Source: Gemmatimonadales bacterium (GTDB taxonomy: Bacteria > Gemmatimonadota > Gemmatimonadetes > Gemmatimonadales > GWC2-71-9). Taken from it: a stretch of 64,000 nucleotides of DNA. Below the pieces are notes generated by a model. It searched no databases, was not told the DNA's origin, and was given only the letters and a program-made list of their open reading frames with translations. Every line of letters starts with the position of its first letter. Positions within the stretch are counted from its first letter, which is position 1. Positions 18,854 to 28,269 of this stretch are shown here, piece after piece. The DNA lies in assembly GCA_050733075.1 (NCBI GenBank), contig JBOHSD010000013.1, forward strand, positions 4,443 to 68,442, written 5' to 3'. A program made the position numbers and the translations under genes.

Positions 18854-19977
18854 CAGCCCTCCGCCACCTGGAGCTCGGGATCCGGCTTGGCCAGAGGCGA
18901 CTCCTCGACCCCTCTCAGGCCCCGGCGAACCCAGCTGGAAAAGACCAGGAAGCCGAGTCCGATGGTGAAATAGCTCAGCGTCAGGCGCCAGATCAGGATG
19001 TAGATCGGGGTGAGCTCCCGGGGGACGTACGACGACATGACGGCCGCAGAAAGCACCTCTCCCACCCCGGAGGCACCGGGAGTGGGAGCGAAGTACAGGA
19101 GAAACATGACCAGGGTCTGGACCAGCAGAATGTCTACGAAGTTGGCCTCGATGCCCACCGCGCGCAGCGCCACGTAGCCGGCCAGGAGCTTGTTGGCGTG
19201 GGACGGGCCCGAGCAGACCGTGGCCCAGAACAGGGCCAGCCAGCCGCGGGGGCTGTTGAACGCCACCAGGCTCTCGTGCGCCTGGTCAATCCCGGCCTGG
19301 AGCTTCTCGAGCCGGTCCGCCACCCGGCGGCTCCTCCGGCCGATGGCTTCCGCGGCGCGATGGATCAGGTCTCGCGCCAAGCGGGGGAACAAAAGCACCA
19401 GCGCCATCAGGAGGCCGATGCCCGCGATGACCGTGAGGCTGCCAAGGAAGAGATCGAAAAGCGATAGGCCGAGCACGTTCCCGCGCTCCCCCAGCGAGCG
19501 GCCGGCCCCGAAGAAGACGGCGAGCGGCCCGGCGATGGCAAAGAAAAGCACGGTGGCTACAAAGCTCATGAAGGTCGAAGTGACCGCCACCGGAAACGGG
19601 ATGCCGTACCGCCGCATGGTGTACATGGTCATCGGGCCGGCGCCCGAGTTGACCGGGGTGATATAGCCGGCCCAGGCTCCCATCCCACCGGCGAGGATCA
19701 CCGCCTTGAGCGGCGGATTGGGATAGACGTGCCGGGCCACCAGCCAGAGCCTGATCCCCCCGCCGATCCAGTCCATCGAGGCCAGGCCGAGACCGGCGAG
19801 AATCCAGATCCAGTGCAGCCGACCGATCGCCTGGATGAAGGCGGAGAGATCGTTGCCATACAGGAGCGTGACGCCGAAGCCCACCAGGGAGGCCAGGACC
19901 GAGATCTCGAAACCACGCAGCAGGAGCTTGGGGGTGAGGAGTCGGGGCATGGAAGGGGAAAATAGCGCTATTTTCAC
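18853..19977 (-). CDS. Lysylphosphatidylglycerol-synthase-TM-like (UPF0104, flippase-like) membrane protein
   Basis: Track ORF. Polytopic membrane protein. Its stop abuts the ABC start at 18853. Start uncertain (alternative MPRLL at 19950). Confidence 0.65.
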   Translation of the reverse strand: MKIALFSPSMPRLLTPKLLLRGFEISVLASLVGFGVTLLYGNDLSAFIQAIGRLHWIWILAGLGLASMDWIGGGIRLWLVARHVYPNPPLKAVILAGGMGAWAGYITPVNSGAGPMTMYTMRRYGIPFPVAVTSTFMSFVATVLFFAIAGPLAVFFGAGRSLGERGNVLGLSLFDLFLGSLTVIAGIGLLMALVLLFPRLARDLIHRAAEAIGRRSRRVADRLEKLQAGIDQAHESLVAFNSPRGWLALFWATVCSGPSHANKLLAGYVALRAVGIEANFVDILLVQTLVMFLLYFAPTPGASGVGEVLSAAVMSSYVPRELTPIYILIWRLTLSYFTIGLGFLVFSSWVRRGLRGVEESPLAKPDPELQVAEG

Positions 19978-19979
19978 CG

Positions 19980-22790
19980 ATGCCCCACTCCGTCATCCGG
20001 ATCGTCAACGCCCGCCAGAACAACCTGAAGGGCATCAGCGTCGAGCTGCCGCACCGCTCGCTCATCGTGATCACCGGACCGTCGGGGTCGGGCAAGAGTA
20101 CCCTGGCCTTCGACACGCTGTACGCCGAAGGGCAGCGGCGGTATATCGAATCGCTCTCCACCTATGCGAAGCAGTTTCTCGACCGCATGCCCAAGCCGCT
20201 GGTGGACCGGCTCGAGGGACTGGCGCCGGCGGTGGCGATCGAGCAACGAAACCCGGTCGTGTCCAGCCGCTCCACGGTGGGAACGGCGACGGAGGTCTAC
20301 GACTACCTGCGGCTGCTCTGGGCCCGCATCGGCAAGCCCTATTGCCGGGCCTGCGGCGGTCCGGTGCGCCGCGACGCGCCCGAGGCCGCCGCAGAAGACA
20401 TTCTTGGCCGCGTAACCGGGCAGCTTCAGGTCTGCTTCCCCTTGCCGCCGGTGGCCCGACTGACCCATGCAGCCGTGGTCGAGAACCTCCGGGCGCTCGG
20501 CTTCGTGCGGGTGGTGGCCGACGGGGTGACCTTGCGCCTGGACGAGCTGCCACCCGGGGTAGAGCTGACCCAGGTGGAGCAGCTCCTGGTGACAGTAGAC
20601 CGGCTTACCGCGGACCCGGCGTCCGCCCCGCGTCTGGTCGAAGCCCTGACCACCGCGTTCGCGGAGGGTGAGGGAATCGCGGTAGTGCTGCACTCAGAGC
20701 AGGCACCTGGCCGCACCCGGTTCACCGAGTTTCCGGCCTGCAGCAGTTGTGACACCCCGGCCGCCGTAGTCACCCCCGCACTCTTCTCCTTCAATAATCC
20801 GCGGGGAGCCTGCTCCACCTGCAATGGGTTTGGGGCGGTGCTGGAATACGACGAGTCCCTGATCGTCTGCGATCCGGAGAAGAGTCTGGCGCAGGGTGCC
20901 ATGGACCCCTGGACCAAGCCACGCTACGAGTCGCGCCGCCGGATCCTGCTCGATTTCGCCCGCTCGCTGGGCGCCGATCCCAACCACCCCTGGTCCCGGC
21001 TCAAGGCAGCCCACCGGCGCGAGCTCCTGTATGGGAGAAAGGGCCGTTTCGTCGGAATCTTTCCCTTCCTGAAAGGCCTGGAGGAGAAGCGATACAAGCA
21101 GTACATCCGGGTATTCCTCCGGCAGTACCAGCTCGCCAGAACCTGTGCCGCATGCGGCGGAAGCCGCCTCAATCCGGATGCACTCTCAATCCGAATCGGA
21201 AACGAAGCCATCGGGTCGGTGGCGGGCCGCTCGGTGGACGCCGTCCACCAGTGGCTGCACAGCCTGTCGCTCACCCCATGGGACCGCCAGGTAGCGCAGC
21301 TCATTATTGACCAGCTCGATGCCCGGCTCGGATTTCTCCGGGATGTAGGCCTGGGCTATCTGACTCTCGATCGCCAGACCCGCACCCTCTCCGGTGGCGA
21401 AGCGCAGCGGATCTCTCTCTCCAACGCCCTTGGCTCCCACCTGGTAGACACGTTGTACGTGCTGGACGAGCCATCGGTCGGCCTCCACCCGCGAGACACC
21501 GACCGTCTCCTGGCCCTCCTCCGGCGGCTCCGCGACGCGGGAAATACTGTGGTGGTGGTCGAGCACGACCTGGCAGCCATTCAACAGGCCGACTTCATGC
21601 TCGAGCTGGGACCTGGATCCGGCGAGCACGGCGGGCGTGTGGTCCACGCCGGTGCGGTGGCCGAGGCCAGGACATCCCTCACCGGTCAATACCTCACCGG
21701 CAAGAAGCGGATCGGGGTACCGAGCGTCCGACGCCCAGCGGGGCCCCAGTGGCTGCGGGTGCGGGGAGCCGAGCTGCACAACCTGAAGGGCGTGGACGTG
21801 GACATTCCTCTGGGCACCCTCACGGCGGTAACCGGCGTGTCGGGCTCGGGAAAGAGCACGCTGCTCCACGACGTGGTCTACCGCCATCTCGAGGCCAGGC
21901 TCAGAGGTGAGCACTCGGCCAAGTCCCACCTGGGGGAGCCCGTGGGCCAGGTCGCTTCGATTACCGGGTGGGAGCTTCTTCGTGACGTGCTGCTGGTCGA
22001 CCAGTCTCCCATAGGAAGGTCGCCTCGCTCCAACCCGGTCACCTACATCAAGGCGTTCGATGAAATCCGGGAGCTGTTCGCCGCCCAGCCCCTGGCGCGG
22101 CAGCGCAAGTACGGCTCGGCCACCTTCTCCTTCAATCTCCCTGGCGGGCGTTGCGAGACCTGCGAGGGTGCGGGTCACGTCCGGGTCGAAATGGTTTTCC
22201 TGGCGGATGTGTTCGTCCCCTGCGAAAGCTGCGGCGGTACCCGTTACCGGCCCGAGGTGCTCGACGTGCACATCCAGGGGACCTCGATCCACGACGTGCT
22301 TCAGTGGACGGTGGACGAGGCGATTACCCGGTTCCGCCACCAGCCCCGGCTCGGCAGCGCGCTCTGGCAGCTGCAGCAGGTTGGGCTGGGCTACCTTCGG
22401 CTCGGCCAGCCCGCAACTACGCTCTCCGGGGGTGAGGCGCAGCGCCTCAAGATCGCCCGGGAGCTGCATCAGGCCGGCAAGCGCGAGGGACGGAAGCTCT
22501 ACATTCTCGACGAGCCCACCACCGGCTTGCACCTGGACGATGTCCGGGTGCTCATACACGTGCTCGACCGGTTGGTGGACGCGGGCCACACCGTGGTGAT
22601 CATCGAGCACCACCTGGACGTGATCAAGCGCGCCGATTGGGTCATCGACATGGGACCCGAAGCGGGCGATCGGGGTGGCCAGGTGGTTGCGCAGGGAACC
22701 CCGGAAGAGATCGCCGAAGTGACCGGCTCCCACACCGGCCGGTATCTGCAGCCGCTCCTCTCTACCACTCAGGCCGTCCTCGCCGGATGA
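19980..22790 (+). CDS. uvrA: Excinuclease ABC subunit A
   Basis: Track ORF, 936 aa. NNLKGISVELP, two ABC modules (GPSGSGKST / GVSGSGKST; LSGGEAQR twice) and Zn-finger Cys pairs. Confidence 0.95.
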   Translation: MPHSVIRIVNARQNNLKGISVELPHRSLIVITGPSGSGKSTLAFDTLYAEGQRRYIESLSTYAKQFLDRMPKPLVDRLEGLAPAVAIEQRNPVVSSRSTVGTATEVYDYLRLLWARIGKPYCRACGGPVRRDAPEAAAEDILGRVTGQLQVCFPLPPVARLTHAAVVENLRALGFVRVVADGVTLRLDELPPGVELTQVEQLLVTVDRLTADPASAPRLVEALTTAFAEGEGIAVVLHSEQAPGRTRFTEFPACSSCDTPAAVVTPALFSFNNPRGACSTCNGFGAVLEYDESLIVCDPEKSLAQGAMDPWTKPRYESRRRILLDFARSLGADPNHPWSRLKAAHRRELLYGRKGRFVGIFPFLKGLEEKRYKQYIRVFLRQYQLARTCAACGGSRLNPDALSIRIGNEAIGSVAGRSVDAVHQWLHSLSLTPWDRQVAQLIIDQLDARLGFLRDVGLGYLTLDRQTRTLSGGEAQRISLSNALGSHLVDTLYVLDEPSVGLHPRDTDRLLALLRRLRDAGNTVVVVEHDLAAIQQADFMLELGPGSGEHGGRVVHAGAVAEARTSLTGQYLTGKKRIGVPSVRRPAGPQWLRVRGAELHNLKGVDVDIPLGTLTAVTGVSGSGKSTLLHDVVYRHLEARLRGEHSAKSHLGEPVGQVASITGWELLRDVLLVDQSPIGRSPRSNPVTYIKAFDEIRELFAAQPLARQRKYGSATFSFNLPGGRCETCEGAGHVRVEMVFLADVFVPCESCGGTRYRPEVLDVHIQGTSIHDVLQWTVDEAITRFRHQPRLGSALWQLQQVGLGYLRLGQPATTLSGGEAQRLKIARELHQAGKREGRKLYILDEPTTGLHLDDVRVLIHVLDRLVDAGHTVVIIEHHLDVIKRADWVIDMGPEAGDRGGQVVAQGTPEEIAEVTGSHTGRYLQPLLSTTQAVLAG

Positions 22791-23644
22791 CCCCCCGCCA
22801 GGCGGTGGTCTGGCTGGTGCTGGTCTCTCTGGTCTGGGGTATCTCTTTCACGATAATAAAGGAGATCCTGGGCTTCGTCTCGCCCCTTCTGCTCATGGGG
22901 ATCAGGTTCGGCCTCGCGTCTCTGGTCCTCATCGGCAGTTTCCGGGGAATCTCCCGTTACGAGCTGAGTGGTGGCTTGGTGCTGGGAGTGCTGTTCTGGG
23001 GCGGGTTTGCCTTTCAGACCTTTGGTCTGGAGGAGACAACGCCCAGCCGGTCGGCGTTCATCACCAGCCTCTCCGCGCCGCTGGTGCCGGTAGTCGCCTT
23101 CATGGTGTACCGCGCGCTTCCCCGCGCGCATACCATCGCGGCGGTGCTCCTGGCCGGTGTCGGCATGTACTTCCTCACCCTACCCGACAGCGCCGCTCAG
23201 GGGCCCAACCGTGGCGACCTGCTGACGTTGGGCTGCGCCGTGCTCTTTGCCGGGCAGATCGTGGCGGCGGGGCACTTCTCGCGCCGGGCGCCTCCCATTC
23301 GGCTGCTCGCGGTCGAGATGGCGACCACCGCCGGGCTCTCGCTCCTCCTGGTCCCGCTGCTCGAGACGCCTCGACTGACGCTCGACGCCTGGGTGGGACT
23401 CGCCCTTCTCTTCCTGGCCCTGTCCGGAGTCTGGTCCTTCTACCTGCAGTTGCGAGCCCAGCAGGTGCTGAGCCCAACCCACACGGCCCTCCTCTTCATG
23501 CTGGAGCCGGTCTTTGCCGCCTGGACCAGCTTTCTGGTGCTCGGTGAGCGACTCTCGCCGGTGCAGTGGGCCGGCGCCGCTCTCATCCTGGCGGCTATGG
23601 CGCTGCCCGGACTCCGTCCTCTCCGCCCTCTCCGTCCCCTGTAA
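22787..23644 (+). CDS. DMT-superfamily transporter (EamA domains)
   Basis: 3' part of track ORF 22637..23644. ATG at 22787 overlaps the uvrA stop (ATGA). About ten TM segments. The C-terminal LRPLRPLRPL is encoded by a dispersed repeat. Confidence 0.8.
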   Translation: MTPRQAVVWLVLVSLVWGISFTIIKEILGFVSPLLLMGIRFGLASLVLIGSFRGISRYELSGGLVLGVLFWGGFAFQTFGLEETTPSRSAFITSLSAPLVPVVAFMVYRALPRAHTIAAVLLAGVGMYFLTLPDSAAQGPNRGDLLTLGCAVLFAGQIVAAGHFSRRAPPIRLLAVEMATTAGLSLLLVPLLETPRLTLDAWVGLALLFLALSGVWSFYLQLRAQQVLSPTHTALLFMLEPVFAAWTSFLVLGERLSPVQWAGAALILAAMALPGLRPLRPLRPL

Positions 23645-25073
23645 CGGCCGCCGCCTCCTCGATCAAGCGCCACGCCTCCTCTACATGCTGCCGCTCGGTC
23701 TGCCGCTGACCGATCGCCATCCGGAGGACGTAGCGTCCGCTCAGCCGAGTATGGGTGAGGTGTACCCGTCGGGTGGCGTTGACCCGGGCCAGCAGCCTGC
23801 GATTGAGGTGGTCCACCGCTGCTTCACCATTCCGCCCGCCGGCGGGCCGGTAGCGAAAGCAGACCAGCCCCAGCGGCACCGGCGCCATCAGCTCGAAATC
23901 CGGCGCCGCCTCGATCCAGCCGGCCAGCTCGCGGGCCAGCTCGACGTGCTTCCGAACCAGCGCGCGCAGGCCGTCCGTGCCATAGCTCCGGATCACGAAC
24001 CAGAGCTTGAGCGCCCGGAATCGCCGGCCCAGCTGGATGCCCCAATCCCGAAAGTTGACCGCCTCGGAGTCCTGGGCGGTTCGGAGATACTCCGGCGTGA
24101 GCTGAAAGGTCCGGAGCAGCGTGTCCCGGTCGCGGACGAAGTAGGCGCTGCAGTCGAAGTTGACCAGCATCCACTTGTGCGGGTTGAAGACGAAGCTGTC
24201 GGCGTGCTCGATGCCCTGAAACAGGTGCCGCAGCTCCGGTGCGATGGCCGCCGAGCCTGCGTAGGCCGCGTCGACGTGGAGCCAGACGCCGTGCCGGCGG
24301 CAGATCTCGGCTATCCTCCCGACCGGATCGATGGCGGTCGATGACGTGGTCCCGATCGTGGCCACCACACACGCGGGCACCAGCCCCGCACCGACGTCGG
24401 CCGCGATGGCCCGGTCCAGCGCATCGGGATCCATGGCGTAGCGCCGGTCTACCGCCACCCGCCGGAGCTGTTTCAGCCCATAGCCGGCGAGCTTCACCGC
24501 CTTGTCCACCGAAGAGTGCGCCTCGCTCGAGGCGTAGACGCCCAGCCCTTTTCCCGTGCCTGCAAGGCCATCCTGGCCGGCGGCGTGCTGGGTGGCCCGT
24601 TCCCGAGCCGAGAGCAGCGCCACCAGCGTGGCCGTGGAGGCGGTATCCTGGATTACTCCGGAGAACCCGGGGGGAAGTCCGAGCATCTGACGGAGCCACT
24701 CCATGGTCAGCTGTTCCAGCTCGGTAGCCGCCGGGGAGGTCGCCCAGGACATGCACTGCGCCCCGAGGGTTGCGGTCAGCATCTCGGCCAGAACCGAGGC
24801 CGGACTGTTGTTGGCGGGGAAGTAGGCGAACCAGCCCGGGTGATTCCAATGGGTCATGCCCGGGAGGATGATCTCCCGGAAATCCTGAAACAGCCGTTGA
24901 AACGGCTCTCCCTGGTCCGGAGGGGACGATGGCAGTTGCCGCGCAATGTCGCCCGGCCTCACCGCCGGAGTAACGGCAAGCTCGCCCACGTCCCGGAAGT
25001 AATCAGCCATCCAGTCGGCCAGATGGTGGGCGTGCCGTCGGAATTCGTCCGGATCCATGAGAGAAGATGCCAT
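23595..25073 (-). CDS. Pyridoxal-dependent (aromatic-L-amino-acid/group II) decarboxylase
   Basis: 3' 492 codons of track ORF 23595..25703. ATG at 25073 gives MASSLMDPDEFRRH. Group II decarboxylase pattern (HWNHPGWFAYFP..., NPHKWM PLP-lysine region). Confidence 0.85.
   Translation of the reverse strand: MASSLMDPDEFRRHAHHLADWMADYFRDVGELAVTPAVRPGDIARQLPSSPPDQGEPFQRLFQDFREIILPGMTHWNHPGWFAYFPANNSPASVLAEMLTATLGAQCMSWATSPAATELEQLTMEWLRQMLGLPPGFSGVIQDTASTATLVALLSARERATQHAAGQDGLAGTGKGLGVYASSEAHSSVDKAVKLAGYGLKQLRRVAVDRRYAMDPDALDRAIAADVGAGLVPACVVATIGTTSSTAIDPVGRIAEICRRHGVWLHVDAAYAGSAAIAPELRHLFQGIEHADSFVFNPHKWMLVNFDCSAYFVRDRDTLLRTFQLTPEYLRTAQDSEAVNFRDWGIQLGRRFRALKLWFVIRSYGTDGLRALVRKHVELARELAGWIEAAPDFELMAPVPLGLVCFRYRPAGGRNGEAAVDHLNRRLLARVNATRRVHLTHTRLSGRYVLRMAIGQRQTERQHVEEAWRLIEEAAAVTGDGEGGEDGVRAAP
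23612..23637. repeat. Dispersed repeat copy (exact reverse complement of 5259-5284)
   Basis: Checked base by base: the reverse complement of 23612-23637 is GGACGGAGAGGGCGGAGAGGACGGAG, identical to 5259-5284. Confidence 0.9.
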
Positions 25074-25113
25074 CGGGCCTCGGCCATTGGCTATGGGTGT
25101 ATGTTTTCCCCAT

Positions 25114-25779
25114 ATGGCCTCGCCGCAGCCCATCCCCCTGTTCGACCCGCGCTCCGACGGCCTGGGTTTCGACCCCGATACCGCTTGCCGCCACCTGAGC
25201 CGGGTCGATCCCGACATCGGTCTCCTGATCTCCCGGGTGGGAGAGTTCACCATGCGGCCGGACCCGACCCAGAGCCTCTTTGCGGCGCTGGTGCGGTCCA
25301 TCGTGTACCAGCAGCTCACCGGCAAGGCGGCGGCGACCATTCTGGGCCGGGTGCAGCGCCTCTTCGCCCCCCGGCGCTTCCCGACGCCACGCGATCTGCT
25401 GGCGGTTCCACCCGAGCGGCTTCGTGAGGCCGGGCTCTCGGCCGCCAAGACAGCGGCCCTGCGAGATCTGGCGGCGCGGACTCTCGACGGGACGGTGCCC
25501 GCGCTGGCCCAGGTGCGCAGGATGGCGGATGAGGAGATCATCGAGCGCCTGACGACGGTGCGTGGGGTCGGGCGCTGGACCGCCGAGATGCTGCTGATTT
25601 TCAAGCTGGGGCGGCCCGACGTTCTGCCCCTCGCCGACCTCGGGGTCCGCAAGGGGTTCGCCCTGACGTTCCGGAAGCGCAAGCTCCCGGATCCCGCCGC
25701 CATGAGCCGGCGGGGCGAACGCTGGCGTCCGTACCGATCGGTGGCGAGCTGGTATCTCTGGCGCGCCCTGGAGCTCTAG
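25114..25779 (+). CDS. DNA-3-methyladenine glycosylase II / HhH-GPD family (AlkA-like)
   Basis: Track ORF 25057..25779. The ATG at 25114 avoids overlap with the divergent decarboxylase start. HhH-GPD region GVGRWTAEMLLIF...PDVLPLADLGV. Confidence 0.8.
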   Translation: MASPQPIPLFDPRSDGLGFDPDTACRHLSRVDPDIGLLISRVGEFTMRPDPTQSLFAALVRSIVYQQLTGKAAATILGRVQRLFAPRRFPTPRDLLAVPPERLREAGLSAAKTAALRDLAARTLDGTVPALAQVRRMADEEIIERLTTVRGVGRWTAEMLLIFKLGRPDVLPLADLGVRKGFALTFRKRKLPDPAAMSRRGERWRPYRSVASWYLWRALEL

Positions 25780-25798
25780 CCGAGCCGGAGGCAACGAT

Positions 25799-26158
25799 AT
25801 GGCACCATTCGAACCGGGGCTGACTTTCACCCCCAGTCCGCAGGCCATCGAGGCGGTCCGCGAAAGATTACAGCGGGCGGGCTTTCAGATCACTGAGGCG
25901 GGAGCGCGCAGCCTGGTCGAGTCGGTCCTGGCCATCGAGGGGCCTCGCATGCAGGCGATCGCTCGCGGTATTCTCCACGGATCGCTGGAGACCATCCGGC
26001 AAACGGCGGAAGTGGCCCTGAGCGCGCTCACGGAGAAGCGCTCGGATCGCCCCGGTCTGGTGGGGGTCCTGAAGGAGCAGTCGAGAGCCGCGGAGCCCGT
26101 CGAGCACCCGGACGAGGACGATACCCGCCCGGTGTTCAAGCGACCGCGCGGGCGGTAG
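25799..26158 (+). CDS. Hypothetical protein
   Basis: Track ORF. Helical-looking, normal composition. No motif recognised. Confidence 0.4.
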   Translation: MAPFEPGLTFTPSPQAIEAVRERLQRAGFQITEAGARSLVESVLAIEGPRMQAIARGILHGSLETIRQTAEVALSALTEKRSDRPGLVGVLKEQSRAAEPVEHPDEDDTRPVFKRPRGR

Positions 26159-26168
26159 GCTTTCCGCC

Positions 26169-26609
26169 TCAAGCAGGTTTATCCTCCTGGTCCACGCCGT
26201 CGAGGAGCCTGGCCACCTCTTCCGGTGAAAGCCCGACGTCCTGAAGCATCTGTGCCGTGCTCGGCCGGCTGAAATCCTCGCGCCTCGCCTCGAAGATCAG
26301 CTCGTGAGCCTCCGGGGTATCCAGACCCTGCTGCTGCCGGAGCACCCATCCGCTCTCATCCACGAACAAGCGGAGTGCGTGGTCGATGGACTCGAACACG
26401 TTCTCGCTCCAGCGATGATCCCGGGGATGCCAGAACCGGGTGATGATGTTGGTGCCCGGAGGTACCTTGTCCTTGATGGTGCTTTTTCGAGTGACCACCA
26501 CGACCCAATGAATCCGTCCCGGCCGCTCGGATTCAAGCGGGTCGAGGGCGGCCTGCACCGCGGGTGCCGGCCTTTCGCCGGCCGAAAAATGCAGGCGCTG
26601 ATCGTTCAT
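26169..26609 (-). CDS. Hypothetical protein
   Basis: 3' part of track ORF 26169..26876. ATG at 26609 (MNDQRLHF...). The upstream part overlaps the GNAT gene in another frame. Confidence 0.45.
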   Translation of the reverse strand: MNDQRLHFSAGERPAPAVQAALDPLESERPGRIHWVVVVTRKSTIKDKVPPGTNIITRFWHPRDHRWSENVFESIDHALRLFVDESGWVLRQQQGLDTPEAHELIFEARREDFSRPSTAQMLQDVGLSPEEVARLLDGVDQEDKPA

Positions 26610-26641
26610 CACGCTGTCCTTGGCGAGGTAAGGGGAAGCCC

Positions 26642-27205
26642 TCAGTTCCGGTCCTCTCGCAGAACGGCATAGAGGACCACGTCCTCGTACGCACCCCACT
26701 TGCGCACCCGTTGGCGCAGCAGTCCTTCCTGAAGCATTCCGGCGTGACGCAATACCCGCCCGGCGGCGGGGTTCCGAACCATGTGGTGGGCGTAGATGCG
26801 GTTGAGACCCAGTTCGCAGAAACCGAAGCGAATCACGGCTGCCGCAGCCTCGCGGGCGTACCCCTGTCCCCACCATTCGAGGCCGATCCAGAACCCCAGC
26901 TCTGCCTGCAAGTGCTCGGGGTCGATATCCCGGAGTCCGGCCGACCCGATCAGGCGCCCCTCGGATAAGAGCCGCACGGCGAAGTTGGTGGCCCTGCCGC
27001 GCACCGATTCCCGGCGCTGGTTTCCGATCCAGGCCAGAGCATGATCCAGGGTGTAGGGATGCGGAATCGAGAGGGTCGTGTCGGCTATCCGGCGCTCGCC
27101 GGCCAGGCGCTGCAGCTCCGGGGCGTCTTCGGGGGAGAAGCTGCCGAGGACCAGGCGCGGTGTTCGCAGCGTCGGCGTGGCACTCACGAGGGTACTAGAA
27201 GGCAC
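26642..27205 (-). CDS. GNAT-family N-acetyltransferase (RimJ/RimL-like)
   Basis: Track ORF. RLVLGSFSPEDAPEL... and WWGQGYAREAAAAVIRFGF motifs. Confidence 0.8.
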   Translation of the reverse strand: MPSSTLVSATPTLRTPRLVLGSFSPEDAPELQRLAGERRIADTTLSIPHPYTLDHALAWIGNQRRESVRGRATNFAVRLLSEGRLIGSAGLRDIDPEHLQAELGFWIGLEWWGQGYAREAAAAVIRFGFCELGLNRIYAHHMVRNPAAGRVLRHAGMLQEGLLRQRVRKWGAYEDVVLYAVLREDRN

Positions 27206-27548
27206 TTCGCTGGGCCTGATCGATGCTGTCCGCCAACTCCGCAGCCGCTTCCCGCAGCCCGACCAGCTCCCGGTATCGTCCGCTGATGGAGCCAGCTCGC
27301 AGCTCCCCGCTCAGGTTGCGGTTCATCTCCGCCGCCCGTCGGATACGAAACAGCTCCTGAAACCCCTTCGAGTCGCTGCCGTCCGCCGCGCTCAACAGCC
27401 CCCAGAGACGCAATCTCATGTCGTCCAGAGCGCTCTTGAAATCTTCCAACCCCTCCACTGGAGCGCGCCCCAGAGCCAGGCGCACCTCGATGGCGCGGAG
27501 AGTAGAGTTGAGGGTGGCCATCTGATCCGCAAAGGTCGGCTCAGCCAT
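27195..27548 (-). CDS. Hypothetical helical protein
   Basis: Track ORF. Its 3' end overlaps the GNAT start by 11 nt on the same strand. No motif recognised. Confidence 0.45.
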   Translation of the reverse strand: MAEPTFADQMATLNSTLRAIEVRLALGRAPVEGLEDFKSALDDMRLRLWGLLSAADGSDSKGFQELFRIRRAAEMNRNLSGELRAGSISGRYRELVGLREAAAELADSIDQAQRSAF

Positions 27549-27728
27549 AGCAAGACTCCTTCCACCCGGAGTGAGTCGCTCCAGTTTCTTTGGGATCCAA
27601 GATGCGGCGGAACCGGGCTCTGCGCGAGCACGGCCGGGCCTGATTACCTGGTGAGAAACGGCAAACGGCGCTGCCCCCGGTCGAAGGCAGCGCCAACCGT
27701 GACCAACTGCCGAGGTGAAACGAGGGCC

Positions 27729-27932
27729 CTACTCTCGATAGGCATCAATCGAGGCGTTCAGGTCGCGCCGCAGCTCGGTTTCGCCCCCAATCAGGGAGCT
27801 CCAGGAAACTTCATGCCCCTTGCGCGCCCCCTTGGGCGTGACCTTAACGCCCTCGGGCGAGATGGCGACCGTGTACAGCTTGCCGTCGAGATCCAGCTCT
27901 CGCTTGATCGTCTTGTCGAGTTTCGTAGCCAT
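27729..27932 (-). CDS. Small hypothetical protein (67 aa)
   Basis: Track ORF. Lys/Glu-containing, non-artefactual composition (MATKLDKTIKRELDLDGKLYTV...). Confidence 0.4.
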   Translation of the reverse strand: MATKLDKTIKRELDLDGKLYTVAISPEGVKVTPKGARKGHEVSWSSLIGGETELRRDLNASIDAYRE

Positions 27933-28269
27933 TCCGTCCTCAGGTTTGGGGATGAGGCGCCTGGCGGCGCGCGAGTCATCTAGGGGCAGCCTGCCCCTGC
28001 CACCGGTCCCGCCAAGTATACGTAGCTGGGGTCCTCAGCGTCGAGTTGTACCCCGAAAAAGGCCGGTTGCGGTGTCCGGTCGCCTCGCCGCGCTGGGCCG
28101 GTACTGGGGCCCTAATCTCATTGCACGAGCGAGCTTGGGTGCCCATATTTTTCGGCTGCAACCCGTCCCCCATATCCTCACTCGACCCCCGGTGGCCTGT
28201 TTCCGGCCGACCTCGAGGGGGTCTGGCTCCCAGCCGGAGAGGTTTCAATGCTCTCACCAGGTCAGGCCC

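Noticed and set aside
19980-22790. UvrA2-type drug-resistance paralog
   Set aside because: The length (936 aa) and the presence of both ABC modules and the insertion-domain Cys clusters fit canonical class I UvrA.
25074-25703. N-terminal 210-codon extension of the decarboxylase ORF (track 23595..25703)
   Set aside because: It overlaps the AlkA-like gene on the other strand and is Arg/Ser/Ala-rich with no decarboxylase homology. The family-typical N-terminus begins at the ATG at 25073.
26642-27548. GNAT toxin with upstream antitoxin (TacT/AtaT-like TA pair)
   Set aside because: The GNAT looks like a RimJ/RimL-type Acetyltransf_3 enzyme, not the tRNA-acetylating toxin type. The upstream 117-aa protein shows no RHH/DUF1778-like N-terminus.
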